Assembly: GCA_965277805.1 (NCBI GenBank)
Contig: OZ255842.1
Coordinates: 5,469,282 to 5,533,281, forward strand
Length of the DNA: 64,000 bases
Direction: 5' to 3'
Origin: Candidatus Lustribacter sp.
GTDB taxonomy: Bacteria > Vulcanimicrobiota > Vulcanimicrobiia > Vulcanimicrobiales > Vulcanimicrobiaceae
Each line of letters opens with the position of its first letter. The first letter of the stretch is position 1. The notes beneath the pieces were generated by a model. It searched no databases and was not told the origin of the DNA. It saw nothing but the letters and a program-made list of their open reading frames with translations. Made by a program: the position numbers and the translations under genes. Below, in pieces: positions 26,167-40,460 of the stretch.

Positions 26167-27287
26167 AATTCTACCAGCGCGCGCATCGCATCGCGCATGC
26201 GGTCGGTCGAAATCATGAACGCGTCCTCGAGCGGTTTGGCGTAGCCCATTGCCGGAACGTCCGGACCGCACAAGCGCCGGATAGGAGCGTCGAGGTCGAA
26301 CAGCGCCTCTTCCGACACCATCGCGCTGATCTCGGCACCGATGCCGCCGAACTTGTTGTCTTCGTGAATGATCAAGAGCTTGCGCGTCTTGCGCACGCTG
26401 GTAAGAATCGTGGTCTTATCCATCGGCCGGATCGAGCGCAGGTCGATCACTTCGATCGACAGCCCTTCGGTCTCGAGCTGTGCCGCGGCCTCGAGCGCTT
26501 GGTGCAAGTTGTAGCCGTACGAAACGACCGTCGCTTGCGTGCCCGTTTTCTTCACGTCGGCTTTGCCGATCGGGATCGTAAAGTGGCCTTCCGGCACTTC
26601 GCCTTTCACCGAACGGTACGTCTTCTTGTGTTCGAGGAAGAGCACCGGATCGGGATCCTCGATCGCTGCCGTCAACAACCCCTTGATGTCCCGCGGCGTC
26701 GACGGCGCCACGATCTTCAGCCCTGGCACGTGGTAGAACAGCGCTTCGATGGACACCGAGTGCGAGAGCGCCCCGTGCACTCCGCCGCCGTACGGCGTAC
26801 GGATGACCAGCGGGCAACTGTAATCCCCGTTGGAGCGGTAGCGCGTCTTGGCCGCCTCGCCGACGATCTGGTTGAACGCCGGATAGATGAAGTCGGCGAA
26901 CTGAATCTCCGCGATCGGCCGCAATCCTTGCATCGCCATGCCGACCGCGATGCCCACGATCGAGGCCTCGGCAAGCGGCATATCGATCACGCGCTTGGGG
27001 CCGAACTCTTCGAGAAATCCGGTCGTGATCAAGAAGACGTTGCCGCGTACGCCCACGTCTTCACCCATCACCAGCACGCGCTCATCGGCAACCATCGCAT
27101 CGTGCAACGTCATACGCACGGCCTCGACGTTTGTAAGGCGCTGCGCCCCAGGCTGCGCGCCCCCCACTTCGTGGGTCATGGATTCGCTTCGCGAATCCCC
27201 CGACGCGTCCGAGCTCGCATCGAACCCTGGTACTGGTTCACGATCCTGCTGCGCTCGCTCCGGCACCATGTTAGTGGTGTCGCTCAC
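26163..27287 (-). CDS. Branched-chain 2-oxoacid dehydrogenase E1 beta subunit
   Basis: GEDVG, D.PLAE, EIQFADF, GALSHS, IDLRS; GTGA overlap with E1 alpha. Confidence 0.93.
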   Translation of the reverse strand: MSDTTNMVPERAQQDREPVPGFDASSDASGDSRSESMTHEVGGAQPGAQRLTNVEAVRMTLHDAMVADERVLVMGEDVGVRGNVFLITTGFLEEFGPKRVIDMPLAEASIVGIAVGMAMQGLRPIAEIQFADFIYPAFNQIVGEAAKTRYRSNGDYSCPLVIRTPYGGGVHGALSHSVSIEALFYHVPGLKIVAPSTPRDIKGLLTAAIEDPDPVLFLEHKKTYRSVKGEVPEGHFTIPIGKADVKKTGTQATVVSYGYNLHQALEAAAQLETEGLSIEVIDLRSIRPMDKTTILTSVRKTRKLLIIHEDNKFGGIGAEISAMVSEEALFDLDAPIRRLCGPDVPAMGYAKPLEDAFMISTDRMRDAMRALVEF

Positions 27288-28312
27288 TCGAGCCACGGCT
27301 CGTAGGCGGCGCCGGCATACAAATGCGTCGTCATGTCGTCGACCGACGGATAGGGCAGCGCTTCGGCATCGTCGGTGGCGTCGTTCGCGAGCCGCAGCAC
27401 GTCGGCTTTCATCTTCGCGACGGATTCGTCAGTGATGAGGCCGGCTTCGAGCAAAACTTGCTGGTACTTCGGCACCGGGTCGTCGTCGCGCTGGTGCGCG
27501 AGTTCTTCGCGATCGCGATATACGCGGTCGTCATCGTCGGTCGAGTGGGCGAGAAGCCGGTAGCACTTGGCCTCGACCAGCGTCGGGCCGCCGCCGCTGC
27601 GCGCGCGGTCCATCGCGACCTTCATCGCGCGATAGGTGGCGATCGGATCGGTGCCGTCGCAAATTAGTCCCGGCAGCCCGTAGCCGGACGCTTTGTCGGC
27701 GACGTCGACGATCGCCATTTGCTTCGATTGCGGCGTCGAGATCGCCCAGCCGTTGTTCTGCACGAGAAAGACGATCGGTAATTTGTGAACGGCCGAAAAG
27801 TTGATCGCCTCGTGCCATTCGCCTTCGCTCGTCGCGCCCTCGCCGGTCGAACACAGCACCGCGCGTCCGCTCTCGCCATGATAGTTCAGCGCGTATGCGG
27901 CGCCGGCGGCGTGCGGGCAGTGCGCGGCGATGATCGATGAGATCGAGAGCACGCCGCGATCGCGCGCGGTGTAGTGGTTGGGAAATTGACGGCCGCCCGA
28001 GACGTCGGCTTCGCGCGCGAACATGTTGTTGAGCAGATCGAGCGGCGTGATGCCGACGCCGAGCACGAGGCCCAAATCGCGATAGTAGGGCGCGAGGATG
28101 TCGTTGCCGCGCACGAACGCCATCGCGGCGCCGGCCTGGAGCGCTTCGTGGCCTTCGCTGCCGAGGGCGAACGGGATCTTGCCTTGACGGTTCAACTGGA
28201 AGCCGCGGTTGTCGAGCTGACGCTGCAGCAGCATGTTCCAGAGCATCGCGACGAGCTGCTCGTCGCTGAGCCCGCCCCGATCGAGCGCTCGGGCCGTGAC
28301 CGTTTTTGCCAT
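27284..28312 (-). CDS. Branched-chain 2-oxoacid dehydrogenase E1 alpha subunit
   Basis: RQGKI.F, GHEA, TPP motif GEGATSEG..NNGWAIS, HSTDDD; start ATG 28312. Confidence 0.93.
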   Translation of the reverse strand: MAKTVTARALDRGGLSDEQLVAMLWNMLLQRQLDNRGFQLNRQGKIPFALGSEGHEALQAGAAMAFVRGNDILAPYYRDLGLVLGVGITPLDLLNNMFAREADVSGGRQFPNHYTARDRGVLSISSIIAAHCPHAAGAAYALNYHGESGRAVLCSTGEGATSEGEWHEAINFSAVHKLPIVFLVQNNGWAISTPQSKQMAIVDVADKASGYGLPGLICDGTDPIATYRAMKVAMDRARSGGGPTLVEAKCYRLLAHSTDDDDRVYRDREELAHQRDDDPVPKYQQVLLEAGLITDESVAKMKADVLRLANDATDDAEALPYPSVDDMTTHLYAGAAYEPWLE

Positions 28313-28391
28313 TGGGCACCTATTTGCCGAAAGAGCCGCCGATACTCTGCCCGCGAGGGGCAGCCTGCGGGCCCTTGAACTGTGGGTACCC

Positions 28392-29549
28392 ATGCCGGCA
28401 CCGGAAACAATCCCGCACGATGAAATGGTCCGCGCGCGGCGCCGTTTGCATGTGAGCCCGGAACTCTCGCTGGTCGAGTTCGACACGGCGCGGTTCGTGG
28501 CCGATACGCTCGGCACGTACGGCCTCGACGAGGTACGCACCCAGATCGGCCAGACCGGTGTGCTCGGGACCCTGGTGGGCGGCCGGCCCGGACCAGTGAC
28601 GCTGCTGCGCGCCGACATGGACGCGCTGCCGATCCGCGAGCTCAACGCCGTCGACTACGTCTCGGCCCGCGAGGGCGTGATGCACGCTTGCGGCCACGAC
28701 GGGCACGTCGCGATTTTGCTTGCTGCCGCCAAGACCCTCGCCGAGCGCCGCAGCGAGATCGCCGGCACGCTGGTATTTTGCTTTCAGCCGGGCGAAGAGG
28801 GCGCGGCCGGCAACCGGCTGATGATCGAAGACGGCGCGCTCGAGAACCCGCACGTCGACCGGACCTTCGCGCTCCACCTCTACAGCGGGCTTGACGTCGG
28901 CCGGATCGGCGTCCGCGACGGCGCGTTTTTCGCCTCGGCCGACGAGTTCATCCTGACGATCCGCGGGCGCGGCGGGCACGGCGCGATGCCGCAGAATTCG
29001 GTCGACCCGATCGTGGCCGGCGCGCACATCGTCACGATGCTGCAGACGATCGTCAGCCGCGAGATCGCCCCCAAAGACCCGGCCGTGTTCACGGTCGGCC
29101 AGTTCACCAGCGGCACGACCTTCAACGTCATTCCCGACGAGGCGCTGCTCAAAGGGACGGTCCGGGCCTTCGACGCCGGGGTGCGGGCAAGTATGCCCGA
29201 GCGTCTGCGCCGGATCGCGGGCGGCCTGGCCGAGGCCCTGCGGGTCGAGATCGAGGTCGACTACCGTTGGTCGTACCCGCCGACGGTCAATGCCGTCGAG
29301 CCGAACGATGTGGTCCGCGCGGTCGGCCGGGAGCTGCTGGGGGCGGAAAACGTGGTCGAGCACGACATCGTGATGTGGGCCGAGGACATGTCGTTCATGC
29401 AGGAACTGCGCCCGGGCGCCTACTTTATCGTCGGCTCACGGGGCGGCGACGCCAGCGCGTACCCGCACCACAATGCCCGGTTCGACATCGACGAGCGCTC
29501 GCTTGACGTCGGCTACCGGATGATGGTCGCCTTGGGAATGAGTTCCTAA
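28392..29549 (+). CDS. M20D family amidohydrolase
   Basis: RADMDALP, MHACGHDGH, FQPGEEG, GGHGA.P, HHNARFD. Confidence 0.93.
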   Translation: MPAPETIPHDEMVRARRRLHVSPELSLVEFDTARFVADTLGTYGLDEVRTQIGQTGVLGTLVGGRPGPVTLLRADMDALPIRELNAVDYVSAREGVMHACGHDGHVAILLAAAKTLAERRSEIAGTLVFCFQPGEEGAAGNRLMIEDGALENPHVDRTFALHLYSGLDVGRIGVRDGAFFASADEFILTIRGRGGHGAMPQNSVDPIVAGAHIVTMLQTIVSREIAPKDPAVFTVGQFTSGTTFNVIPDEALLKGTVRAFDAGVRASMPERLRRIAGGLAEALRVEIEVDYRWSYPPTVNAVEPNDVVRAVGRELLGAENVVEHDIVMWAEDMSFMQELRPGAYFIVGSRGGDASAYPHHNARFDIDERSLDVGYRMMVALGMSS

Positions 29550-29583
29550 ACAACGCGCATCCTAAGAAAGACGTCTTCATTTC

Positions 29584-29632
29584 GACCTTTGCCTAGTGAC
29601 GGAACGAGGCCTAATGGCCTAAAGTAAAGGTT
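29584..29632 (+). promoter_or_regulatory. Candidate structured leader resembling a glnA-type glutamine riboswitch
   Basis: 9-bp closing stem GACCTTTGC/GTAAAGGTT, CGGAA junction, AGGCC-TAAT-GGCCT hairpin; immediately precedes the gltB ATG. Confidence 0.4.
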
Positions 29633-29634
29633 CA

Positions 29635-33870
<4,236 letters not shown>

Positions 33871-34218
33871 CGGCCTTCGCGGCTTGATGCACTGCTTGCC
33901 GGGCGTTCTCGGCGAGCGGGGCTAAGCCGGCCTGAGCGCCTGCGGCGCCTTTCGTGAGAACGTCCTGGGCCGTGCTGATGAACGTCGTCAGGTGACCCTT
34001 GGCGGTCTCGAGGTGCGCCTGCGCGGCCTCGCCGTACTGCGGCGCCTGCTCGATCAGGGTCTTCTGGAGATCTTGCGCCTTCGTCATCGCGTCGGAAACG
34101 AGCGGCTTCGCTTGCTCAGCCCCCTTGATGGCGGCGTCGGCGACGGATTGCTGCAGGGCGCGGGCGCTCTCGAGGGCTTTGTTCACGAAATCGTTGTTCA
34201 CGTTTACTCCTTGGACAA

Positions 34219-34563
34219 TTAGGGGGAATCGCGTTCCGTTACCGTCAGTACCCAGCGAAGAGCACGTCCGTACTGGTCCAGCTCTCTGGCGGTACGGGCC
34301 AGCCAACGGAAAGTTGCATCGTCATTGACCTTCCGACCTTCGGCATCGTCGAGGCTGCGGATGAATGTCATGATAGCTTCGAGCTGCCGCTCAAGCTGCT
34401 CCCAGCGCTCGCGTAGCGTTCGCTCTGAGGCATCGGGCAGGCGGTCCAGGACCGGCGGTGACGGAAGCTGCGGGTTCTGCGAGGCGAATTCGAGCCGCGC
34501 TAGAGAGTAGTCGCTACTTCGCGTGATAAATGAACTAAGCGCGCGAACCAGCTTCTGGTCCAT
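34219..34563 (-). CDS. Hypothetical protein
   Basis: 114-aa ORF filling the gap, helical composition. Confidence 0.6.
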   Translation of the reverse strand: MDQKLVRALSSFITRSSDYSLARLEFASQNPQLPSPPVLDRLPDASERTLRERWEQLERQLEAIMTFIRSLDDAEGRKVNDDATFRWLARTARELDQYGRALRWVLTVTERDSP

Positions 34564-34594
34564 ACGTAGTATTTAGGGAGAAACGAACAAATCC

Positions 34595-35827
34595 ATGGCA
34601 GAACGCCGGTATGTCATCATCGGGAATGGGTTCGCAGGGACGACTTGCGCGGAACAGTTGCGCAAGATCGACGCTTCGGCGTCGATTATCATGTTTGCCG
34701 ATGAGCCGTATCCGCTCTACAATCGCATCGCGCTGCCGCCGATGCTGCGCAAGCAGATCGCCGAAGCGAAGGTCATCATCCGCGACGTCGCGTGGCACGA
34801 GAAGCACACGATCGATCTGCGCTTGAGCACGCGCGTCGATGCGATCAATTACGAAGGCAAGACCGTCGTGGCGGGGGGCAAGGAATACCCTTACGACGCG
34901 CTGCTCGTCGCAACCGGCGGCCGCCCGAACCCCTCGGAATTTCCCGGTGCGGCGGGCGCCAAGAACATCTTCAACTTCCAGTACATGGACGACACGAAGG
35001 CGATCTCGGAATCGCTCGAGACCGCCAAGACGGCCGTTTCGGTCGGCGGTTCGTTCATCGCCTACGAGCTTGCCGAGGCATTCGTCGCGCGCGGCGTGCA
35101 GACACACTGGCTGATCCGCGGACCGCGCTTCCTGCGCCGCATGCTCGACGAGATTTCGGGCGAGCTGCTCGATGAGGCGGCGCGCGAAGACGGCTGCACG
35201 ATCCACTACAACGACGAGGTCAAGGAATTCGTGCGCTCCAACGGCGTGGTCACGAAAGTCATCACGACGCAGGGCACCGAGATCGCCACCGACTGCGTCG
35301 GCATCGGCCTCGGCTTGACGATAAACACCGAACTCGTGCACGGCACCCCGATCGAAGTGGGCACCGGCATCAAGTGCGACGACCGGCTCGAGACCGCGGT
35401 GAAGGGCATCTACTGCGCCGGCGACGCCGCGGAGTTCTACGATCCGACGGCCGATATGCACTACCGCATGGGCACCTGGAACAACGCCGGCGCGCATGGC
35501 AAGGTCGCGGCGGCCAACATGGCCGGCGGTGACGTGCGCTACCACGACGTGCCGGAATACTCATCGAAGATCTTCAGCGAACAGACGATCACGCAATTCG
35601 GCCTCTCGCCCGAGTACCGCAACGATCTCACGATGGTGCGGAGCATCGAACCGGAGAAGAAGTGGTATCGCGCGCTGTGGTTCCGCGAAGAGCAGCTCGT
35701 CGGCGGCTTGTTGATCGGCAAGGGCAACCGGGCCGGCAAACGCCGTTACGTCGAAGCGATCAAAGCCAAGACGGCGTTCCCGAAATCAGAACACGAGTCA
35801 CTTCTGCACTGGCACGCCGACCAGTAG
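34595..35827 (+). CDS. NAD(P)/FAD-dependent oxidoreductase (ferredoxin/rubredoxin reductase-like)
   Basis: IIGNGFAG, YNR..L, LVATGG.P, GGSFIAYE, AGDAAE. Confidence 0.9.
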   Translation: MAERRYVIIGNGFAGTTCAEQLRKIDASASIIMFADEPYPLYNRIALPPMLRKQIAEAKVIIRDVAWHEKHTIDLRLSTRVDAINYEGKTVVAGGKEYPYDALLVATGGRPNPSEFPGAAGAKNIFNFQYMDDTKAISESLETAKTAVSVGGSFIAYELAEAFVARGVQTHWLIRGPRFLRRMLDEISGELLDEAAREDGCTIHYNDEVKEFVRSNGVVTKVITTQGTEIATDCVGIGLGLTINTELVHGTPIEVGTGIKCDDRLETAVKGIYCAGDAAEFYDPTADMHYRMGTWNNAGAHGKVAAANMAGGDVRYHDVPEYSSKIFSEQTITQFGLSPEYRNDLTMVRSIEPEKKWYRALWFREEQLVGGLLIGKGNRAGKRRYVEAIKAKTAFPKSEHESLLHWHADQ

Positions 35828-35847
35828 TTCTCCGCGCAAGCGCTGCG

Positions 35848-36114
35848 ATGCGGTGGATCGGCGTAATCGTTGGGTTTGCCCTGATGGCCGCGTTCGCTCG
35901 GCCCGTTCTGGGCGACACGATCGTTGAAACGAAGCTGATCGGAACGCGCGTGATACCGACCGGTTCGCCGGTCGTTCCTGAACTGCTGCAGCTTGACGGC
36001 GATCCGAACCGGTTCGCGGCCGATGCGTGCGTGCCGCGAATCATTCTGGTCTACTACGACAGCGTCGGTAATCGCTCGGGCGACGACGAGCTGGTGCGCA
36101 ACGGCGCAACGTGA
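35848..36114 (+). pseudogene. Short exported ORF, probable truncated paralog of the N-terminal domain of 36251-37492
   Basis: Signal-like N-terminus; ACV...VYYDSVGNRSGDDELVRNG resembles ACV...VYFNAGGDRTDGTLLTRNG. Confidence 0.45.
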
Positions 36115-36250
36115 TCATCGAAGCCGAGCCCGGTGGGCCCGGGACTGTTTCACATCGGCGCTGCTTCGGTGTGCCGCTCGTCGGGCGCCGCCGGAATGTG
36201 TCGTGGCCGGCGGTAGCTAAGACCTCGCCATCGCCAATCGGGAGGTTCGA

Positions 36251-37492
36251 GTGCGTCCTTTCTCACGCTTCGTTCTGATGATCGCGCTGCTGGCGGCCTC
36301 GACCGTGCCGGCACTGCCGGCGCCCAAGCCGCAAGATGATGCGGAAGCCATCCGGTTCGTCGGGGTTCCGTCACGGGGTCCGGTGGCGCTCAACGCAGTC
36401 GGCGGCGCTGGTCACCCGGTGGATTCGTTCCGCGATATCGGCGACTTGAAGTCGGCCTGCGTTTCGTTTACGAACCGCGATGCGCGCGTCGCTAAATCGG
36501 TGCGCGTGCAGTTCGTCTACTTCAATGCCGGCGGAGATCGCACGGACGGCACGCTGCTGACGCGAAACGGAACGTTCTCGGCGGGTGTGCGCGAACGCTT
36601 CGCTAACCCGGAGAATAATCGCGTCAATCGCGAGGACTGCGTCGAATTGCATCCACCGCACACCGGCTATTCCGCCGTCGTTGCCTACATCGAGCAAGTC
36701 GATTTTGCCGATGGTTCGACGTGGTCGGCAGACGACGTGCACATCGCCGATCATGTCGAGCCGGGATCGCCGAACGTCGCGTATGCATTCATCGCTCGGC
36801 CACCGGCGGCCAACGCGGTCATCGCGTCCGGCCCGGCCGCCGCGACCGGTGAATTGCCGCCGGTACTGGCCGGAACACCGGTCGCCTGCGCTCAGGTCGC
36901 ACCGGCTCCGGGAAACGTTTTCGTCACCGCGCAGCCGGGCACGAACGCGCCGGGCAACCTCTTCAACATCGGTGATGCCTCGGTGTGCGTGCCGTCCGGC
37001 AATCCGGCCCACGACGCAGAGGCCGTGCAGCTCGTGAAACAGCAACGCGTCGCAATTCGTGAAGCGCAGGTGTTTCGCGTGTACTTTCCGGCGCTGAGCA
37101 ACTCGCCGGCGTGCAACGACGATGCGCGCTTGCTCAACCGGGTCTTGGTCAACGCGCCGCCCTTGATCGAGATGGCGTCTCCGCCGAAGGCCGGAGAATA
37201 TACGACGATCGCGCACGTGACGGTCGGCCCCGACGGGCTACCGCTCCAGGCGTCGACGAGCAAGTCGGCGGGGCCGCCGGAATTCGATGACGCCGCGCGG
37301 CGCAGCGCGCTCGCGAGCCGCTACTGGCCGGCCATTGTTGCCGGCAAGCCGGTTGCCGGCGCGTACGATTTCGCAATGCGCTGGGTGGTCGATCCGACGA
37401 CGCGGCCGGCCGACCTCAACCGCCAAGACTACACGCGCACGCGCGTCTTCGGCCCGGCAACGCACTCCGCTGCCGCCGGCTGCGCGGTTTAG
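36251..37492 (+). CDS. Exported protein with C-terminal TonB-like domain
   Basis: Signal peptide; VTVGPDG......KSAG...FDDAARRSA......PA...GKPV. Confidence 0.75.
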   Translation: MRPFSRFVLMIALLAASTVPALPAPKPQDDAEAIRFVGVPSRGPVALNAVGGAGHPVDSFRDIGDLKSACVSFTNRDARVAKSVRVQFVYFNAGGDRTDGTLLTRNGTFSAGVRERFANPENNRVNREDCVELHPPHTGYSAVVAYIEQVDFADGSTWSADDVHIADHVEPGSPNVAYAFIARPPAANAVIASGPAAATGELPPVLAGTPVACAQVAPAPGNVFVTAQPGTNAPGNLFNIGDASVCVPSGNPAHDAEAVQLVKQQRVAIREAQVFRVYFPALSNSPACNDDARLLNRVLVNAPPLIEMASPPKAGEYTTIAHVTVGPDGLPLQASTSKSAGPPEFDDAARRSALASRYWPAIVAGKPVAGAYDFAMRWVVDPTTRPADLNRQDYTRTRVFGPATHSAAAGCAV

Positions 37493-37493
37493 G

Positions 37494-38930
37494 CTAACTG
37501 ACGGCCGAGAGCGGCAGTGCGATCTCTTCGAGTGACCGCCGTTCGGCTGCGACGCCGAAGAACGCTTCGGCGAGGCCGCCGGCGAGCATGATCGCGGCGG
37601 CGATCGAGTAACCGTAAACGATGCTCGGTACGGACTTCGTCGCGATGAGCGCGCCGAAGAACGTGGGCGCGTAGGCGCCGCCCACCAGCGTGCCGACCGC
37701 ATAGACGATGGCGATGGCGAAGGCGCGCGTTTCCAGCGGGAAAATTTCGCTAGCCGTGAGATAGGCTGCGCTCGCGCCGGCCGAAGCGAAAAAGAACACG
37801 GCCATCCAGCACAGCGTGACGGTCGTGGCGGTGAGTTGACCGTGCGCGAAGAGCAGGCCCGTGCCGTAGAGCAGCGCGCCCGAGAGAATGTATGTTGCTG
37901 CGATCATCGTCTTGCGGCCGATCGCATCGAAGAAATGACCGAGCAGTAACGGTCCCGCGAGGTTGCCGATCGCAAAGGGCAAGTAGTAGTACGGAATCGC
38001 CCAATCGGGAACGTGAAAGTACGTCCCCAAGATAAGGCCTTGGGTGAACGTGAACGCGTTGTAGATGAATGCCTGCGTGCACATCAGCATCAGTGCGACG
38101 AACGTGCGCTGCGGATAGCGCACGAGCATCGTGCGCGCGACGGAGCCGAGCGTCGCGCGATGCTGTGGATCGATGCAGATGACCGCGCTCGCTTCGACCG
38201 GCGCCAGCGCAACGCGGCCGGAGCGGGCCACGTGCGCTTCGATCTCGGCCACGATCGTCTCGGCCTCGGCGGCGCGTCCGTGCGTGAGCAGCCAGCGCGG
38301 GCTTTCGGGAACATTGCGGCGTACGAACAGCATCGCGACGGCCAGCACGATGCCCAGGCCGAACGCCAAGCGCCAGCCGTATGCCGGATTGACGATGCGC
38401 GGGTTGAGGAGCACGATCGAACCGAGGCTCGCGAGAATCGTACCGAGCCACCACGTGCCGTTGATCGCGAGATCGACCACGCCGCGACGGCGCGCCGGAA
38501 TCAATTCGTCGATCGCCGAGTTGATCGCCGCGTATTCACCGCCCAACCCGAAGCCCGTGAGGATGCGGAAGATGAGGAAGCTCTCCGCGTTCCAGGAGAA
38601 CGCGGTTGCGGCCGTTAGGGCAACGTACCAGCCGAGCGTGACGAGGAAGAGCTTCTTGCGTCCGAGTTTATCGGTCAGGTAGCCGAAGAAGAGCGCGCCG
38701 GCCGCGGCCCCGATGAGATACCCCGATGCCGCGTTCGTGAACTGCACGTCGGAGAGCTCGAGGCCGGCCGCACTCTTGAGCGTGGGCGCGATGTTGCCGA
38801 CGATCGTGACTTCGAGCCCGTCGAGCACCCACGTGATGCCCAGGCCGAGCACGACGGTCCAGTGCCATGCGCTCCAGGGCAGCCGGTCCAGCCTGAACGG
38901 GATCTGCGATTTCACGCCGCCGGACTTCAC
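37494..38930 (-). CDS. MFS transporter
   Basis: RLDRLPW, GYLTDKLGRK, GGEYAAINSAIDE, about 12 TM segments; start approximate. Confidence 0.92.
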   Translation of the reverse strand: MKSGGVKSQIPFRLDRLPWSAWHWTVVLGLGITWVLDGLEVTIVGNIAPTLKSAAGLELSDVQFTNAASGYLIGAAAGALFFGYLTDKLGRKKLFLVTLGWYVALTAATAFSWNAESFLIFRILTGFGLGGEYAAINSAIDELIPARRRGVVDLAINGTWWLGTILASLGSIVLLNPRIVNPAYGWRLAFGLGIVLAVAMLFVRRNVPESPRWLLTHGRAAEAETIVAEIEAHVARSGRVALAPVEASAVICIDPQHRATLGSVARTMLVRYPQRTFVALMLMCTQAFIYNAFTFTQGLILGTYFHVPDWAIPYYYLPFAIGNLAGPLLLGHFFDAIGRKTMIAATYILSGALLYGTGLLFAHGQLTATTVTLCWMAVFFFASAGASAAYLTASEIFPLETRAFAIAIVYAVGTLVGGAYAPTFFGALIATKSVPSIVYGYSIAAAIMLAGGLAEAFFGVAAERRSLEEIALPLSAVS

Positions 38931-38990
38931 CGAACCTTGGTTCCCGCTCCGAGGCACGATCAAGCCCAGGGCGAACGAATTCGGGATACG

Positions 38991-40460
38991 ATGCCGACCG
39001 TAGCCGCCGATCCGCTTCACGACCGCTTTGCCGCGATTGCGGGCGCGCGCAACGTGATCAGCACGCCGAGCGAACTGCGCACCTACGAGTGCGACGGATT
39101 GCTCGGCTACCGCATCCGGCCGCGCATCGTCGTGTTGCCGGCGACGACCGAAGAAGTCGCGGCCTGCGTGCGGCTCGCGCGCGAGCACGGCCTGCCGATC
39201 GTGCCGCGCGGTGCCGGTACCGGACTCTCCGGCGGTGCGCTGCCGGTCGAGGGCGGAATCGTGATCGGCACCTCGCGCATGAACCGCATTCTCGACGTCG
39301 ACATCGTGAACGCGCGCATGCGCGTGCAGCCCGGCGTGATCAACCTCGACATTTCCAAACATCTTGCGCCGCTCGGGTATTACTACGCGCCCGATCCGTC
39401 GTCGCAGAGCGTGTGCACGATCGGCGGCAACGTCGCGGAGAATTCCGGCGGCGCGCACTGCCTGAAATACGGGTTTACGGTCAATCACGCGGCCGGCGGG
39501 CGCATCGTCCTCTCCGATGGGAGCATCGTCGACATCGGCGCGCAGCACGGCGAGGCCGATGCACTCGGCTACGATCTGATGGGCGTGTTCGTCGGCAGCG
39601 AAGGTCTGCTCGGCATCGTGACCGAGGTCGTCGTACGCATCTTACGCAAGCCGCAGGCGACGCGCACGATCTTCGGCACCTTTCCGTCGACCGATGAAGC
39701 GGGCGCCGCGGTCTCGGCAATCATCTCGAGCGGCATCTTGCCCGCGGCGATCGAGATGTGCGATCAGCTGGCGATCGAGGCGATCGTCGCAGCGACCGGC
39801 GTCGACTGGCCGCTCGATGCCGGCGCGGCCCTGCTGATGGACGTCGACGGCGTGAGCGTCGAAGTCGAGCATACGGCAGATGCGGCGATCGCGCTGATGC
39901 AGGCGGCCGGTGCGCTCGAGATCCGCGCCCCGCGCGACGACGCCGAACGCATGCTGATGTGGAAGGGCCGCAAAGCCGCATTTGCCGCGATGGGGCGGAT
40001 CTCGCCGAACTACTACGTGCAGGACGGCGTCATCCCGCGCAAGGACATCGCCGCGGTGCTGCGCGAGATCGCCCAACTCGGGCGCGACGCAGGCTTGCGC
40101 GTGGCCAACGTCTTTCATGCCGGCGACGGCAACTTGCACCCGCTCGTGCTCTACGACGAACGGGTGCCGGGACAAGAAGAGGCGGCCGAACGGGTGGGCG
40201 GCGAGATCCTGCGCGTGTGTTTGCGCTACGGCGGTTCGGTGACGGGCGAACATGGCGTCGGGCGCGACAAAGCGTGTTATCTCGGCGAGCAGTTCAGCCC
40301 CGACGACCTCGACACGATGAAGCTCGTGCGCTCGGCGTTCGATCCGGCCGGCATCTTCAATCCCGACAAGGTCTTTCCGATGCCGCATCTCTGCGGCGAC
40401 CGGCCCGGCGTCTACGTGCCGCATGCGATCGAACGCAGCGGCGAAGCGGGTCGCGGATGA
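38991..40460 (+). CDS. glcD: Glycolate oxidase subunit GlcD (copy 2)
   Basis: YECDG, PRGAGTGLSGG, YAPDPSSQ, HAGDGNLHP, GEHGVG. Confidence 0.92.
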   Translation: MPTVAADPLHDRFAAIAGARNVISTPSELRTYECDGLLGYRIRPRIVVLPATTEEVAACVRLAREHGLPIVPRGAGTGLSGGALPVEGGIVIGTSRMNRILDVDIVNARMRVQPGVINLDISKHLAPLGYYYAPDPSSQSVCTIGGNVAENSGGAHCLKYGFTVNHAAGGRIVLSDGSIVDIGAQHGEADALGYDLMGVFVGSEGLLGIVTEVVVRILRKPQATRTIFGTFPSTDEAGAAVSAIISSGILPAAIEMCDQLAIEAIVAATGVDWPLDAGAALLMDVDGVSVEVEHTADAAIALMQAAGALEIRAPRDDAERMLMWKGRKAAFAAMGRISPNYYVQDGVIPRKDIAAVLREIAQLGRDAGLRVANVFHAGDGNLHPLVLYDERVPGQEEAAERVGGEILRVCLRYGGSVTGEHGVGRDKACYLGEQFSPDDLDTMKLVRSAFDPAGIFNPDKVFPMPHLCGDRPGVYVPHAIERSGEAGRG

